The translations under genes were made by a program, and so were the position numbers. A stretch of 64,000 bases of DNA. Origin: Craspedostauros australis (taxonomy: Eukaryota). The notes beneath the pieces are model-generated. The model was given only the letters and a program-made list of their open reading frames with translations. It was not told the DNA's origin and ran no database searches. Shown in pieces: positions 46,562 through 58,681 of this stretch (the stretch's first letter is position 1; the number at the start of each line of letters is the position of its first letter). Where the stretch lies: the NCBI GenBank assembly GCA_030167865.1, contig JALAGF010000277.1, positions 1 to 64,000 of the forward strand. Direction: 5' to 3'.

Positions 46562-46879
46562 TGGAACACTCTAGTTTATGTACTCGTATGCCGCAGTGGA
46601 AAACGTTTTTGTATTCAATTGAGCATGTACTCCTATTACTGTTCTTGTTGTTGTACTGCTCGTACTCGCAGTATGCATTGTAGTATGTAGTATGTGTGTG
46701 CAGAGCATTCTATCTCTGTTGATGCACACGGGCATGGAGGTGTGCTATTTATTCTCTCTTCCAATGCTGTCTCTCCTCCACTCCGCTCCACCTGCTACGG
46801 CCGGCTTGGCGTTTCATTGGCAAACCTGTTGTTTCAGCAACAGTATCCGCCATTAGCAATGCGTTGGTTTCCTTTCCTT

Positions 46880-47410
46880 TCATTTCATCGCATCGGAGCA
46901 CGCAAATTCGCTGATCTTCCGCATCCCCGTGTAGGATGCCCAGGCCTTGTGCGATTCCCACAGCTTGACGCAGACCTGACCTTGAAAGTCGGCGCAGTCT
47001 GTCGCCAATCTCGCTTGGATATCGTCGTGGATTTGGCGCGCCATGAACTCCGTCGTTGTCATGGTCTTGTCGGGGAAGACCTCGTCCAAGTTCTGCAGGT
47101 TGTAGCGTTTGAGGACGTCCGACACGATCTCCGACGCCTTGCCAATGTCGATGACCCAGTTGGTCTCGGGATGGAGGCTGTCGGTTTGGAATTCGACATC
47201 GCACGTGTACGTCGCGCCGTGCATCTTGCCGGCCGGTCCGAACGACGGGTGTTGGTGGAAGCTGTGGGCGATCATGAGGGAATCGCGGACGCCCAAGGTG
47301 AAGGGCATGTTGCCTGGCGCGGAGACACAGAGCGTCCCAGTGCACAGCCAACAGAACGTGATGACGAACGTCAGGATGGAAGCGGCATTTGGTAGGATTG
47401 TTTTGGTCAT
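46880..47410 (-). CDS. 6-pyruvoyl-tetrahydropterin synthase/QueD-fold (COG0720) protein, non-canonical subfamily
   Basis: 'VRDSLMIAHSF..FGPA..MHGATY', 'VIDIG', 'YNLQNLDE', 'TTEFMA' and 'LWESHKAWASY'. A 34-aa hydrophobic leader precedes a second Met (ATG 47308). Confidence 0.85.
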   Translation of the reverse strand: MTKTILPNAASILTFVITFCWLCTGTLCVSAPGNMPFTLGVRDSLMIAHSFHQHPSFGPAGKMHGATYTCDVEFQTDSLHPETNWVIDIGKASEIVSDVLKRYNLQNLDEVFPDKTMTTTEFMARQIHDDIQARLATDCADFQGQVCVKLWESHKAWASYTGMRKISEFACSDAMK

Positions 47411-47551
47411 GGTGATGGATGAATTGTTGACTCCCCAGAGTTGATCTGTTGTTTTCTTTGTTCAGTTGGCTGGTTGCTCAACGTCCAGATGGGGTTGGTC
47501 GATTGCTGAAAGAGAGAGAAGAATGCCGAAGGTCGGTGTGTGGTTTGTAGT

Positions 47552-47578
47552 GCTTGGCTTGGCTTGGCTTGGCTTGGC
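47552..47578. repeat. (GCTTG)n pentanucleotide microsatellite
   Basis: Seen directly upstream of the PTPS-like gene. Confidence 0.85.
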
Positions 47579-48485
47579 TCGACTGGACTGGAATGACTTG
47601 CTTCAATGGAGGGCGATCATGCCATGCTGATGCTGCTGTTGATGCTTCTGATGTTGCTGATACAGCTGTGATCTTGTTGCTGACAGCGGAGGGAGGAGCT
47701 TCGGTTTGCGAGTACGCGTGTAGGTATGGTAGTGGGTGGAGATGTGAAAGCTGATGCTCTTGTGTCTGTGCTTGGGGTTGATGTCGATGTTGGTATGGTG
47801 TTCTCATCATCAGATCGGATTGCTGGATGCCAGCGAAACACACAGAGCGCAAAACCAAAGAAACGAAGGAACCCCATCATCCCCAAAGAAGGCGAAAACA
47901 TCATCGGCTTCCCATCACCATCTTCCATCACCTGCTCTGTGATGGCTGCGCTCTTCTTCGTGCGTCTCACACGGAATTCCACGATTTTGAACGCGCAACG
48001 GCAGCTGCCGGACTATTTTGTCGAACAGAACGGAAAACTGGTATCTTCGGGTGACACGACTGGTGGATGGCAAGACGTCCATTCATGTATCCTGTGTCTG
48101 TCCGTCGTGCGAATTGCACATCACATCCACCAAAAAGTGAAGAAACGAAAAACGACACAAACCAACGACACAACAAGCGCCAACAACGTGGCGCCAACAA
48201 GATCCTGGGAAGATGTTGGCGCGTTGATGTCTTTGGTGTTTGGTGGTGTTTGGTAGTGTTTGATGTACAGCCAGGTGGCCATCCTCGGCAGTCAGGGTCG
48301 CTACCGTACATAGCACTCAATGCGCTCTCCTCTACTTTGCTGCACTCTACTCTACTCCACTGGTACGACTACTATCGTGAGAAACATCCACGGTCAGAAA
48401 GGGCATCGCGGACCGTGTATTCCAACGCATTTGAATCACCCCTCTCAGTAATACACCAGCACGCTCGGCTCGTCGCATCGCAACC

Positions 48486-51400
48486 ATGGAACATACGTAC
48501 TTGAGATACGAATGTGCCGATGCTTTTGGGCTGGTGTCGTCATCATCATCGTCCAAGGCACCGCAATCCAATTCCACCCTGGCCTTCCTGGGCAAGACCA
48601 GGCACAATCCGGTCGTGCTCACCACGGCTGGCAGCTACTGCGTCGGCTATCACTTGCGGACGTCGGAGCCAACGATCAAGATCGGTCACAGAGAACAGCT
48701 GTCGGGTGGAATTGGAACCGGCAGAGCGTTGAACAGCGATCAGGTGGTTTGCGTCCAGGTTGCGCCGACGATCGCTCCTGCATCCACGAAGGCGGCGGAA
48801 GCTAGCACGGCCAAAGTTGCGACGGGATGGGTGGATGGAGCAGTCCGCGTCTTTGATGTGGACGCTCAAGAGATCAACGTCGCCAACGGCGGATGCGGCC
48901 TCATCCAGACGCTGCTGCAGCCCACCAGAGACGAAGAATTCGTCATGCGAGAGCCGTTGGTATTGAATGGCCATTCCGATACGCCGATCCGGGCGCTGGC
49001 CTTCTGCCCGACCTTCGGGAACCGGTTGGCGTCGGGATCCAGCGACGGTTCGGTCGTCCTTTGGGATACCGTGGCCGAAACTGGCCTCTTTCGGCTCCTC
49101 GGTCACCGCGGTGGAATCACTGACATTCGCTTCGCCATGATCGATGGTGGTTTGGATTACCTCATCACCAGCAGCCTCGACGGACTTGTCAAGATCTGGG
49201 ATTTGAAGGCCCAGTGCTGCAGTCAGACCATTCCGAACCACGCCGGGGAAGTGTGGGCGGCAGCATGCCAACCCATCGCAACGCGATCGATGGAGCAATC
49301 CGCTCGCATCCGACTGCTCACTGGCAGCAACGATGGAGAGGTCAGAGTGTGGAGCGTGGACAAGCCGAAGCGTGTCCAACGCGATGCAATCGAGGCGGCT
49401 GCTGCAGGCGCCGATGGAAGTGCCACGGACGCACCATCCACAAAGGACTTACCTCCCGCTGCCACCACCGATAACGGAGATAGCAATGATGGTGATGACG
49501 ATGATGATGCCAACTTGGACGATGTCTGTACCTATGTTGGCAAGCTGATAACCCCGGCCAACGTGTCAACATCCTCCGACCGCATATCCTGCTTGCACTA
49601 CCATGCCAACGGCAAGTACGTCGGAGTCCTGCATGCCAATTCCAAGAATATTGACGTCTTCTTCATCCGAAGCGTCGATGAAGCCAACAAGAAGAGGCTG
49701 AGACGGCTAAAACGTCGCAAGGAGAAAGGCAAGAACGCCAGAAGTCATGGCAAAAGCAACAGCAAGAATGACGAAAACGGCAGCAAGGGGTCTTCCAAGG
49801 CAGGCAAGAAGCGCGGAATTCTGGATGACCCAGAACCGGAAGATGAAGGCGACGGCAACGATGGTGGCGGAACAAATGCGTCCAGCCAGCAAGGATTCGT
49901 GGAGAGTCAGGATTATGGGCAGATCAAGGCGTCGGATGAATTTGAATACTACGGCACCGTGCGCGCCGGGCACAAGGTCAAAGGATTCTCGTTCCTACCT
50001 TACAAAGAATCCGGGGGAGGGATTCGCATGGTCTGCTCTCTGTCGACCAACGGGTTGGAGGTGCACTCGCTCGTTAAGAAATCATCCACGTACGTTCCAT
50101 GCTCCATGAATCAAACGTCCTAGGCAACGATGTCCTCCGCTGTGATGTGCTGTGCCGTGCCGTGCATCTGATGCTTCTTGAATTGGTCTGACCTTTGCCT
50201 TGTCATCAAAACCACAACTCTACTATATTCCGTTCTATTCTAATCTATTCTGTATTCTCCACACCCTGTCATCTCAACACCGACGGGACGACTCAACGCT
50301 ACCGCATGCTATGCTCCATCACACTATATTATATGCCACGATGCAGAAATCAACCAATTGCCGAAACAATCGCGACCAAGCATTCGACGATATCCATGCC
50401 AGGACACCCAACGGGGATCAGAGCCGTGGAGCTGTCTTCAGACGATGACTTGGCCTGCACGGTGTCGAAGAATGCAACGAAGATATGGAACGTCACAACG
50501 AGAACCTGCGTTCAGTCCATGACCCCGGAAGTTGACGACGATCCGTGCTACGGTCTGTGCGCCAAGTTCCTCCCTGGCAACACGCACGTTGTCATGGGAA
50601 CTCGCGAGGGTCATCTCCTCTTGATTGACATTGCCACCGGTGATGTCGTCTTCGTCGAGGAGAAGGCTCACGACGGTGCCATCTGGAGCCTTGACATTCG
50701 CCGACCAACCGCACGACAAGAGACGGCCGTCGTTGTCACGGGGTCGGCGGATAAGACAGTGAAATTTTGGGAGATCGAGGCGCAGGAGGACGGCGACACG
50801 CCGATGCTGGAGCAGACCAGGATGCTGCAAATGAACGATGATGTTGTATCTGTCCGTTATTCTCACTCAGCCATCCCATCCAAGCGCATGGTCTTCGTGT
50901 CGAGCCTGGATTCCACAATCAAAGTCTTCTTCGATGATTCGCTCAAATTCTTCCTCAGCCTGTACGGGCACAAGCTCCCGGCGCTCGCTGTCGACGCAAG
51001 CGATGACGACACCATCCTCGCATCTGGCGGAGCTGACAAGACGATCAAGATTTGGGGTCTGGACTTTGGTGACACTCATCGGACTTTGCACGGCCATGAA
51101 GACAGTATCACCGACATAAGCTTCGTGCGAAGGACTCACAACTTCTTCTCAGCTAGCAAGGACGGGACAGTCAGATACTGGGACGGCGATCGATTTGAAC
51201 AGATCCTGATCCTTCACGGCCACATGGCCGAAGTCAACTGTCTCTCCATTAGCCGCTCCGGCGCATTCGTGCTGAGCGGCAGCATGGATCGGCAGGTGCG
51301 AGTTTGGGAGAGAACCAAGGACATCGTCTTCCTCGAGGAAGAGCGTGAGCGCGAGCTCGAGAAGATGTTCGACAAAGTGGATGGTCGCAACAGCCAATCG

Positions 51401-52500
51401 ACTGCCCAAATCATGCGGTCGAAGGGCGCGGGAGATGACGACGATGCCGATGCTGATGGTGACGATACGGCACAAAGCAACGAACCGCAAAGCGAAGCCG
51501 CTGTCAAACGCAGCGTGCTCAGTGTCTCCGCGGGTGATAGAATCCTCGAAGCACTCGAGCGGGCTGATCAGGAGTTGAAGGAATCCCGAGCATTCCGCAG
51601 AAATAATCCAGGCAAGGAAAAGAGCCCGAATCCGACGCTCCTCCTCATGGAGCCATCGATGTATGTGCTGTGGGTTCTGAAATCGATCAAGCACGCCGAA
51701 TCGGAGCAAAGTCTGCTCGTACTCTCGCTGAATCATGTCGAGCGATTGCTGTACTACCTCATCCTCTGCCTGCGAGCAGGAAGAGGCGTGGAAGTATGCT
51801 CACGCGCATCCGTCTTCCTTGTGAAGATTCATCAGAAGCAGGTAAGTCTGCCCCTTCAGCGTTGTCCATGTTAGTGTCGTAAATCTTGTTCATGGTGTTC
51901 GTACGCTTCTGGAAAGGATCAGGCATTGCAATGACGAGAAGTTGTCGACCGATTGTCGGAAACGACGCTTGAGCGATCACAAACAATTACCTATACTCAA
52001 ATTTCCGAGCAATGTCCGTCCATCCACAAGCGGTGTTTGTAAATTGATGATGTGCGAATTCACGTGTCGGGTCGCGTTATGCTGTGCTGTGCTGCGATTG
52101 CTCTGTTCTGCACTGCTTTGCACCAATGCTGCAACTGACACGTTCGGGCTTCTGATTCGCCCATTGGTGCGTACATTTGGTACTCTTATCATATCCTCCA
52201 TCGTTCCGCCGTCACATTTGGCTGTTGCATGTTTTGTCCATGCACCGTTCTCAGCTCATGATGAACCAATCCGTCGCCGCGCCATTGAATGAGCTTCGGC
52301 GGTTGATGAAGACGAGATTGACAGAATCGAAAGACACGGTCGGCTTCAACCTCGCAGCTCTCCGCATGGTCGCGAGGGTGGCACAAGAACGCAAGGAAGC
52401 CTTCCTCGATTACGAAAAGGTCAACACCGCAGATATCTGGGCAGGCATGGGTCTTGGAAGCGAGATGGCGGCTGATCTCCAGAAGGGCATCCGCAGATGA
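48486..52500 (+). CDS. WDR3: U3 snoRNP-associated WD40 protein WDR3/Utp12/Dip2; 3 exons, about 1114 aa
   Basis: Exons 48486-50089, 50347-51841, 52255-52500 (GT-AG, frame kept). 'YLRY...FG', 'ETGLFRLLGH', 'KFFLSLYGHKLP', 'IKIWGLDFGD.H', 'FLEEERERELE' and the Utp12 C-terminal 'KDTVGFNLAAL'. Confidence 0.95.
51923..52015 (+). ncRNA. intronic box C/D snoRNA, snR40-like (predicted LSU rRNA 2'-O-methylation guide)
   Basis: Terminal inverted repeat CATTGC (51924-51929) / GCAATG (52009-52014). Box C-like ATGACGA at 51931-51937 and box D-like CCGA at 52005-52008. A 15-nt antisense element, CCTATACTCAAATTT (51990-52004), is complementary to conserved LSU rRNA 'AATTTGGGTATAGG' with one G-U pair (rRNA sequence from memory). 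Confidence 0.72.
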
Positions 52501-53229
52501 TGTGTTCAGCTCGCACCGTTGCATAGTTCTGGATTCGTCGGGGTAGCGTAGTGGTCTAAGAAGACTCTGGAGTAGGACGTAACTGGTCAGCGAAACTGGA
52601 CCAAACACCAGCAAATTGATAGGACTATTCACAGTAGATATAGCTGTAGATGTGGATAGAGCCAGAAAACATTGCCAAGGTAGCACACAGGGACATGATG
52701 ATTGGAATGGGATTCTTGCGACACTCGACAATGGCAGGACAGCCAACGTGAAGGAAAGATGAAAGAGCCGATGGGCTGCTCACCCGGATGTACAACATCA
52801 CTTGGCCAATCTATAAATGGCCTAAATGTACTTTACGGTTGTATCGGCGTCATTTGATCGTTAAAGCGTTATTGTTGCGAACGTATGAACTTATTAGCCT
52901 TCCGAAGGCAATAGAGTATTCCGTTGTGATGATACGATGTTGAGGAGTATCGATGGAGAGGAATGGGATTGAATTCGTTGACATCGGGACACGCTAACGT
53001 TGGTGTTTCGTCGTGGATCCACTGCTGTTGTGTTACGTTTCACAAGGGACACCCCAGGTCAGACCAGATGTCTCCACATTTTTCTTGGTGTTGTGGTGTT
53101 GCTCTGGTGCGTTGGTGGCAAGGTTTGGAACAGAGCTGTCACAAACCAAAGAAGACGAAGACGAAGACGGCGACTGCCATCGCTGAACAGACAAGCCAAG
53201 CCCAAGCTTGACAAAGCGACTCGTTAACC

Positions 53230-54822
53230 ATGTCGCGGGATTATGCCACGCTGGCTCTCGCCCTTCTGCCGCTGTGCGCACCGCTGTATCTCCTGGTGCC
53301 GCTGCTGGACAATCCCATCACCGTCGTGTCAGGCTGGATGCAACAGTTGCTGAACGAAGATTCTCGGAATGACCTTCCGGAGATACCACCCGTCGGGTCT
53401 CAGCTGCTGGCCTATCTGGTCGTCGCCATGGCTGGCTTCCTCATGACCAACAGGCTGGTTCCCCACATCAAGGAGTACACCCTGCGCAAGGGGATATGCG
53501 GGAAGGATCTGGGCAAACGCGGCACTGCCATGGCGGAGAAACCTGTGTACGTCATGCTCAGGCATTGCCATCCTGCGATGCGCTGTGAATAGAGCGCGGC
53601 TGCATCGACCATCCGTGCCGAAGGCTCGCAAATCAGTACTTTCGGCTGCAATATATCATATAACATATCCTCACGTTCATGGTTGCATCTTCCTCTTTAA
53701 TTGGTTCCATGATCAACACCAACATCGATGATGACGATGACGATGACGATCGCGAAATTCAGACCGGAGGGATTGGGGATTGCGTCAGGCACCATCTTCC
53801 TCGTGTGCCTGATATTCTGCTTGGTCGGTTACGCGACGTCACATCCGACCAAGCTACTGGATCTCAACTCCGCACTGCTCTCCGTTTGCTTCATGCTTTT
53901 CCTGGGATTCACGGATGATGTGTTGGATTGGCCTTGGCGGTACAAGCTGGTGCTCCCCAGCGTTGCGTCGTTGCCACTCCTCTGCTGCTACAGCGGAAGC
54001 ACCACCATAGTCGTTCCGATCCAGCTGCGGAGTTTGATCATGCAGGACCATCAGCTCACGCCGATCGTCGGAAATCTGCTGTCGTGCCTGATTGGGATCG
54101 ATCGCCAGGCCAACGGCTCGCTTGTGGATCTGGGGATGTTCTACCATCTGTATATGGGATTGCTGGCGGTCTTTTGCACGAACGCCATCAACATATACGC
54201 CGGAATCAACGGTTTGGAATGCGGCCAGTCGTACATCATCGCATGCGCCGTGCTCGTGCACAGCCTCATTGAGATCCATGCCAACGTGCAGCAGGTCGAG
54301 AACCATCTGTTCTCCGTCATGGTCATGCTGTGCTTCATCGGCGTGTCCCTGGGGTTGCTGCGGCACAACTGGTACCCGGCGTCCGTCTTCGTCGGCGACA
54401 CCTTCTGCTACTTTGCAGGCATGACGTTCGCCGTCGTTGGCATCCTGGGACACTTTTCGAAAACTCTGCTGCTCTTCCTCATCCCGCAGATCTTCAATTT
54501 CCTTTGGTCGGCGCCGCAGCTCTTCAAGCTCGTTCCGTGCCCGAGACACCGGCTGCCGTCCTTCAATCCGAAGACTGGGAAGATGGAGCCATCGTGCTTC
54601 GAGTGCAAGGAGACGGATCACCGCTGGCTCAAGATGCTGACGCTGCAGAACCCAAATGCGACGAGGTTAGCGAACATGACGATGATCAACCTTTGCCTGC
54701 AGGTGTTCGGCCCGATGGGAGAGAGGGAGCTGTGCACGCTGCTGCTGATCTTGCAGTCATTCTCGTGCGCGCTGGGTCTGTTCATACGGTACTACATTGC
54801 CAAATTCTTCTTTGACGAATAG
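53230..54822 (+). CDS. DPAGT1: UDP-GlcNAc:dolichyl-phosphate GlcNAc-1-phosphotransferase (GPT/Alg7); 2 exons, about 458 aa
   Basis: Exons 53230-53546 and 53763-54822 restore 'GKDLGK...KPVPEGLG'. Also '[17 protein letters not shown]', '[16 protein letters not shown]', '[18 protein letters not shown]', '[10 protein letters not shown]' and 'PCPRHRLP'. Confidence 0.96.
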
Positions 54823-55366
54823 AGAGGGATGGGCAAGGTGGTGGATTCTGGACTGAGACAGCACAATCGATGGTTGGTGGCGGCGGCGCTGGTGGTATGT
54901 ATACTATCATGCGGCATCACCGTGATTTTTCACTTTCGCTATCCACATTGATGCGGATGTGCGTGCGGGTGTGAATGCCGGCATCCATTCGAATGCCTCG
55001 ATTGACTCGCGGGCCAAGCAACAGACAAGCACAAGCTGCTGACTTTGTAACGTGCGCAATGCAGACAATACAACATGTACAATACAATATGATGCGGTGT
55101 GCTTCTACAAATACAGGCACACATGGAGAGACAGAAAGAGAGAACACGAGCAAGGATGAGGGAGACTGGAATGAATGGCATTACTCGAGAGTGCCCTTTA
55201 GTCGCAATGCTACCATTACTGCCATTGTAAACTATTATATTACTATTCTAACGTGAACCTGTACGTATGAACCTGTACCATACCTTCGTCGCAATCATTG
55301 ACGAGGCAAGACATGTCCAACCGACAGCAGCCCTTGCGTTTCGTCCAATGCTCGGCCCACCTCAGT

Positions 55367-55717
55367 TTACGCAGCATCTGATGATGCGGGAGTCTCCGCC
55401 ACGGCCTTCACAGGAACCCGGACGGCCATGGTGCGCCCATCGTAATCCTTGACTAATATGGCGCTGTCATCGGCCTCGATCGTGATCAACGGCGCAGCGC
55501 TCGTTGCGTCTGCGACCGTGCCATCTTCCGGGGACGAACGCAGCTGCGCCGCCAGCCTCGTGAGGTTCGTGTAGATGCCGGAGCGCTCTGCGTTGCCCAT
55601 GGCGCCTTTGGCCACGAGGCAGAGTCCGGAGGGATCATTGCAGAGAATGCCCCCGACATTCTCTCTCGCGGGTCCAGCCAACAACGAGTTGACCAACTCG
55701 GTGCTCTTGCCGCTCAT
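55367..55717 (-). CDS. LAMTOR5: Ragulator subunit LAMTOR5 (HBXIP)-like roadblock protein
   Basis: 116 aa; 'VGGILCNDPSGLCL..KG...SG....L..LA...P.ITIE.D...ILVK.YDG.TMAV' matches the LAMTOR5 pattern as recalled. Confidence 0.75.
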   Translation of the reverse strand: MSGKSTELVNSLLAGPARENVGGILCNDPSGLCLVAKGAMGNAERSGIYTNLTRLAAQLRSSPEDGTVADATSAAPLITIEADDSAILVKDYDGRTMAVRVPVKAVAETPASSDAA

Positions 55718-56399
55718 CTTTGGCTATGTGTGGACGATCGACCGTTCAAGGATACTGTTATACTCGTATGCAGTTGAATCGACGATGTGTGATGTGTGGT
55801 CTGTAATGCTGGTGGAACCGGAGTGCGATGTTGTGGTTTGCGGTTGGTGGACAAGATTCGGTTGTTGCGTGGACGTTGCTGGAATGATCTCGATCTTGTT
55901 GTTCTGTGGCTGTGGGCGCATTTTATCACCCCTCCAAATTCCAAAGATCACAACGAGTTCTCCTGCACTGTTCGAGTACCTGAAAAAAACGGATATCGAA
56001 ATTGGGGGTCTTATCCTTGGACTAAGGCTACCCAAGAGCAAGAGGGAGAGGCTGAACAGCGCCGTGCTCGTTCGACCTGCTATACTCCATCAGCACTCGC
56101 GAAAGGCAGTGCGAGGTTCCGCTGCCTCTTCACCGAACCAGGTTCATCAAGCAGGTGCCCACCACAGCGCGAAGAGTATGACGCAGGCCGCGCCAATGGA
56201 TGGTGCTCGTATTTTCTGAAATATTGCCTACCATACAATTGCACGATACGATAGGATACGATACTATGCCAATCTAATTTGGCTTACGGATAGGTTGTTC
56301 CCCTCTATTGGGAGGAGAGTGGAATGAGCTACTAGTGTAGGAGTGAGTTATGCTTGGGGCTCGTCATGCCCAAGGCACGATGGTCGTGGCCGCGCGGGC

Positions 56400-58681
56400 T
56401 TAGGAGAGCACACCTGCGTCGTTGGGGGTGTTGTTGTTGGCCGGTCGGGGGAAGAGCTCGGAGTAGATCTTGGTGGACATGAGGAGAGTTCCGCTTGCGG
56501 TGCACGCAATCAAGAAGATCCAGACAGACGACCAACCGTACGCCTTCTCGAGGGGCTTGACTGCCATGAGTCCAAGAGACGCGGTGATGGCTCCGCAGCC
56601 ATTGATAAGACCGGTGACAGTTCCGAGGGACTTGTTGTTTCCACGGACGGATGGATGAGACGCCAAGTCGGCAGCGACGGCAGATGTGATGATGTTGTTT
56701 GGTCTGTTGTGAATGTCGTTGAAATTGCAGAAGCGGTAGAGAATGGACGGAACACACATGGCGATGTGGTCAGATGATTTGTATGTGGCGAGCATGGCGA
56801 CTGAAAACAAGACACATTGTGTATTGATTTCGCAAATGGATGTTGCGCATGCGGCGGCAAACAAAAACGGCGCACGGCACGGCACAGTGCAGGACAGCGC
56901 GCAACAGCACTCCTCCTGTGTGATTTGAGGAGATGGAATCGAAACGGAAGAACTTACCCTCCGACAAGGATACCCATGCATGCCAGCATGACGAGCAGGA
57001 GGTATGGGTTCATGTGATCATTCTCGGAGAACTTGGCGAAGAATCCAAGGAAGACGATGAGGGTGGCCATGAACACCCCGATGACGACGGCACGGCGACC
57101 GCCGAACATGTCCGACACATATCCAACGATGATACCGCCGGGCATCATGCCCACGCTGTACAGCGCGGCGATGAGGTTGGCTGTGACGGAGTCGAACTTG
57201 GTGCCGAGGAAGTATGGGAGCCAGAAGAAGAGGACGTAGTTGGTGAGCTTGAAGAAACCGAAGGCAAATGCGTACTGGCCGACCATTGGGATGCTGATGG
57301 CCGCGAGGTAGCTGATTGGTGCGGGGCCTTCGTCTTCCACGGTCTCTCCGTGCTCGGCGAGCTCCTTGCGCTTCGCCTCGAGCTTCGCGAGGCGGATCTT
57401 GACTTCGGGGGTGATGATGCCGACGTTTGCTGGATCGGCAACGAGCTGGAGGGTGAGGTATCCCCATCCGAAGTTGGTCAGGGCTGGAATGAGCAGCGCC
57501 CACCAGTATGGCAGACCGATCTTGAGCACGGCTGCTGTGCAAAGTGCGGCGGTGATGTCACCCATGTACTGATGGCAGGTCCAGAATCCGAAGATGGTTC
57601 CGCGGTTCTTGACAGACTCGGCGTCGCAGAACCAGTTGCCCATGACGGCCGTCCCCACTGGTCCTCCAGTGGCCTGGAAGAAACCGAAGATGAAGTACAC
57701 TCCGAGGATGAATGCGTCACCGAATGCTTCCGACATGCCGACGAAATCGAACCACAATGCGACGTTGATGAGGAGGAGGCAGAGACCAGATCCGAAGAGG
57801 CCAACGGCAAGGACGGTGGTTGGGTTGAAGGTGTCTCCGAGCTTTCCGTTGATAATGTTTCCAGCGGCGTACGTTGCCATGAAGACGGTGTCCATCTCAG
57901 ACAGGATCACTTCTGGGAATCCACCCTCGGTTTCGAGCTGCTCCTTGACAGTGGAGTAGCACTTGCGTGAGAAGTGGGCCATGAAGTATCCACCGAACGT
58001 GATGAAGAACGCCCATCTGCGAAGACCAGAAAAAAGAGGTTGCATTTCAAGGGCGCGTCATTTTCGACAGAGTATTGCGTCGAAGTTTGGATTTGTGGTC
58101 ATGACGTTGAGGGTAGCGGTGGCACGGGCGATGGCGAATGGGGCGATGATGATGAGAATGATGGCGATGAGAATGACGACGATGGAGTTCACAGATATCG
58201 CACAGTGTTCATCGTTGCGCGATGCTCGATCAATGTCGTGCCCGAATTTGCGGATCGTTGTGAGCATAGCCCGGCACGGCGTGGCATGACACCGACATAG
58301 CGTAACATGGCAGCGCGACGACACGATGGGCGAGAGACAGCAGAAGAACACATCAATGTGTAGGCGCGAAGTGTAGGCGCGAAGCGTTGCGACGGTATGT
58401 ATGACTGATGCTCTGCCAAGCCCCCGAAATGCAAATAGCATGAGCAAAACAAAACAACAACAGCAAATAGATGCAAGATGCAAAAGTTCCAACGGCAATC
58501 TTCTTGCAGAGCTTCACAATCTCCTCCTCCTCTTCTTGTCCTTCTCGAATGCCCACCAGGCAAGCTGAGGCGATGGGAAAAATCACCGACACACTTACGG
58601 TTGGTAGAGCTTGAGGCGGTGGAGATGGTCTGCGCCACTCTGATCCTGATCCTGGATCAGGGGTTGCTTGACACCGGACAT
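56400..58681 (-). CDS. MFS sugar-phosphate/glycerol-3-phosphate transporter (SLC37/OPA family); 3 exons, about 481 aa
   Basis: Exons (minus strand): 58681-58599, 58016-56958, 56703-56400 (GT-AG, phase 2/2). 'YFMAHFSRK', 'GFFQATGGP...AVMGNWF', 'RGTIFGFW', 'KLTNYVLFFWLPY', 'GGPNNIITSAVAADL' and 'GTVTGLINGCG'. Exon 1 is the least certain. Confidence 0.9.

Noticed and set aside
50142..50191. GTGATGT...CTGA in WDR3 intron 1
   Set aside because: Too short, degenerate box C, and no recognisable guide.
52044..52155. Second possible C/D snoRNA in WDR3 intron 2 (TTGATGA ... CTGA)
   Set aside because: No clear terminal stem or recognisable rRNA complement; the interior is a (GCTGT)-type microsatellite.
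52537..52620. tRNA-like start with a perfect A-box (TAGCGTAGTGGTCTAAG) after the WDR3 stop
   Set aside because: No B-box/T-loop (GTTCRA) downstream and no acceptor-stem partner.
44927..54822. Era + PTPS-like + WDR3 + DPAGT1 as a functional gene cluster
   Set aside because: Mixed orientations, different compartments and different pathways; an ordinary eukaryotic gene neighbourhood.
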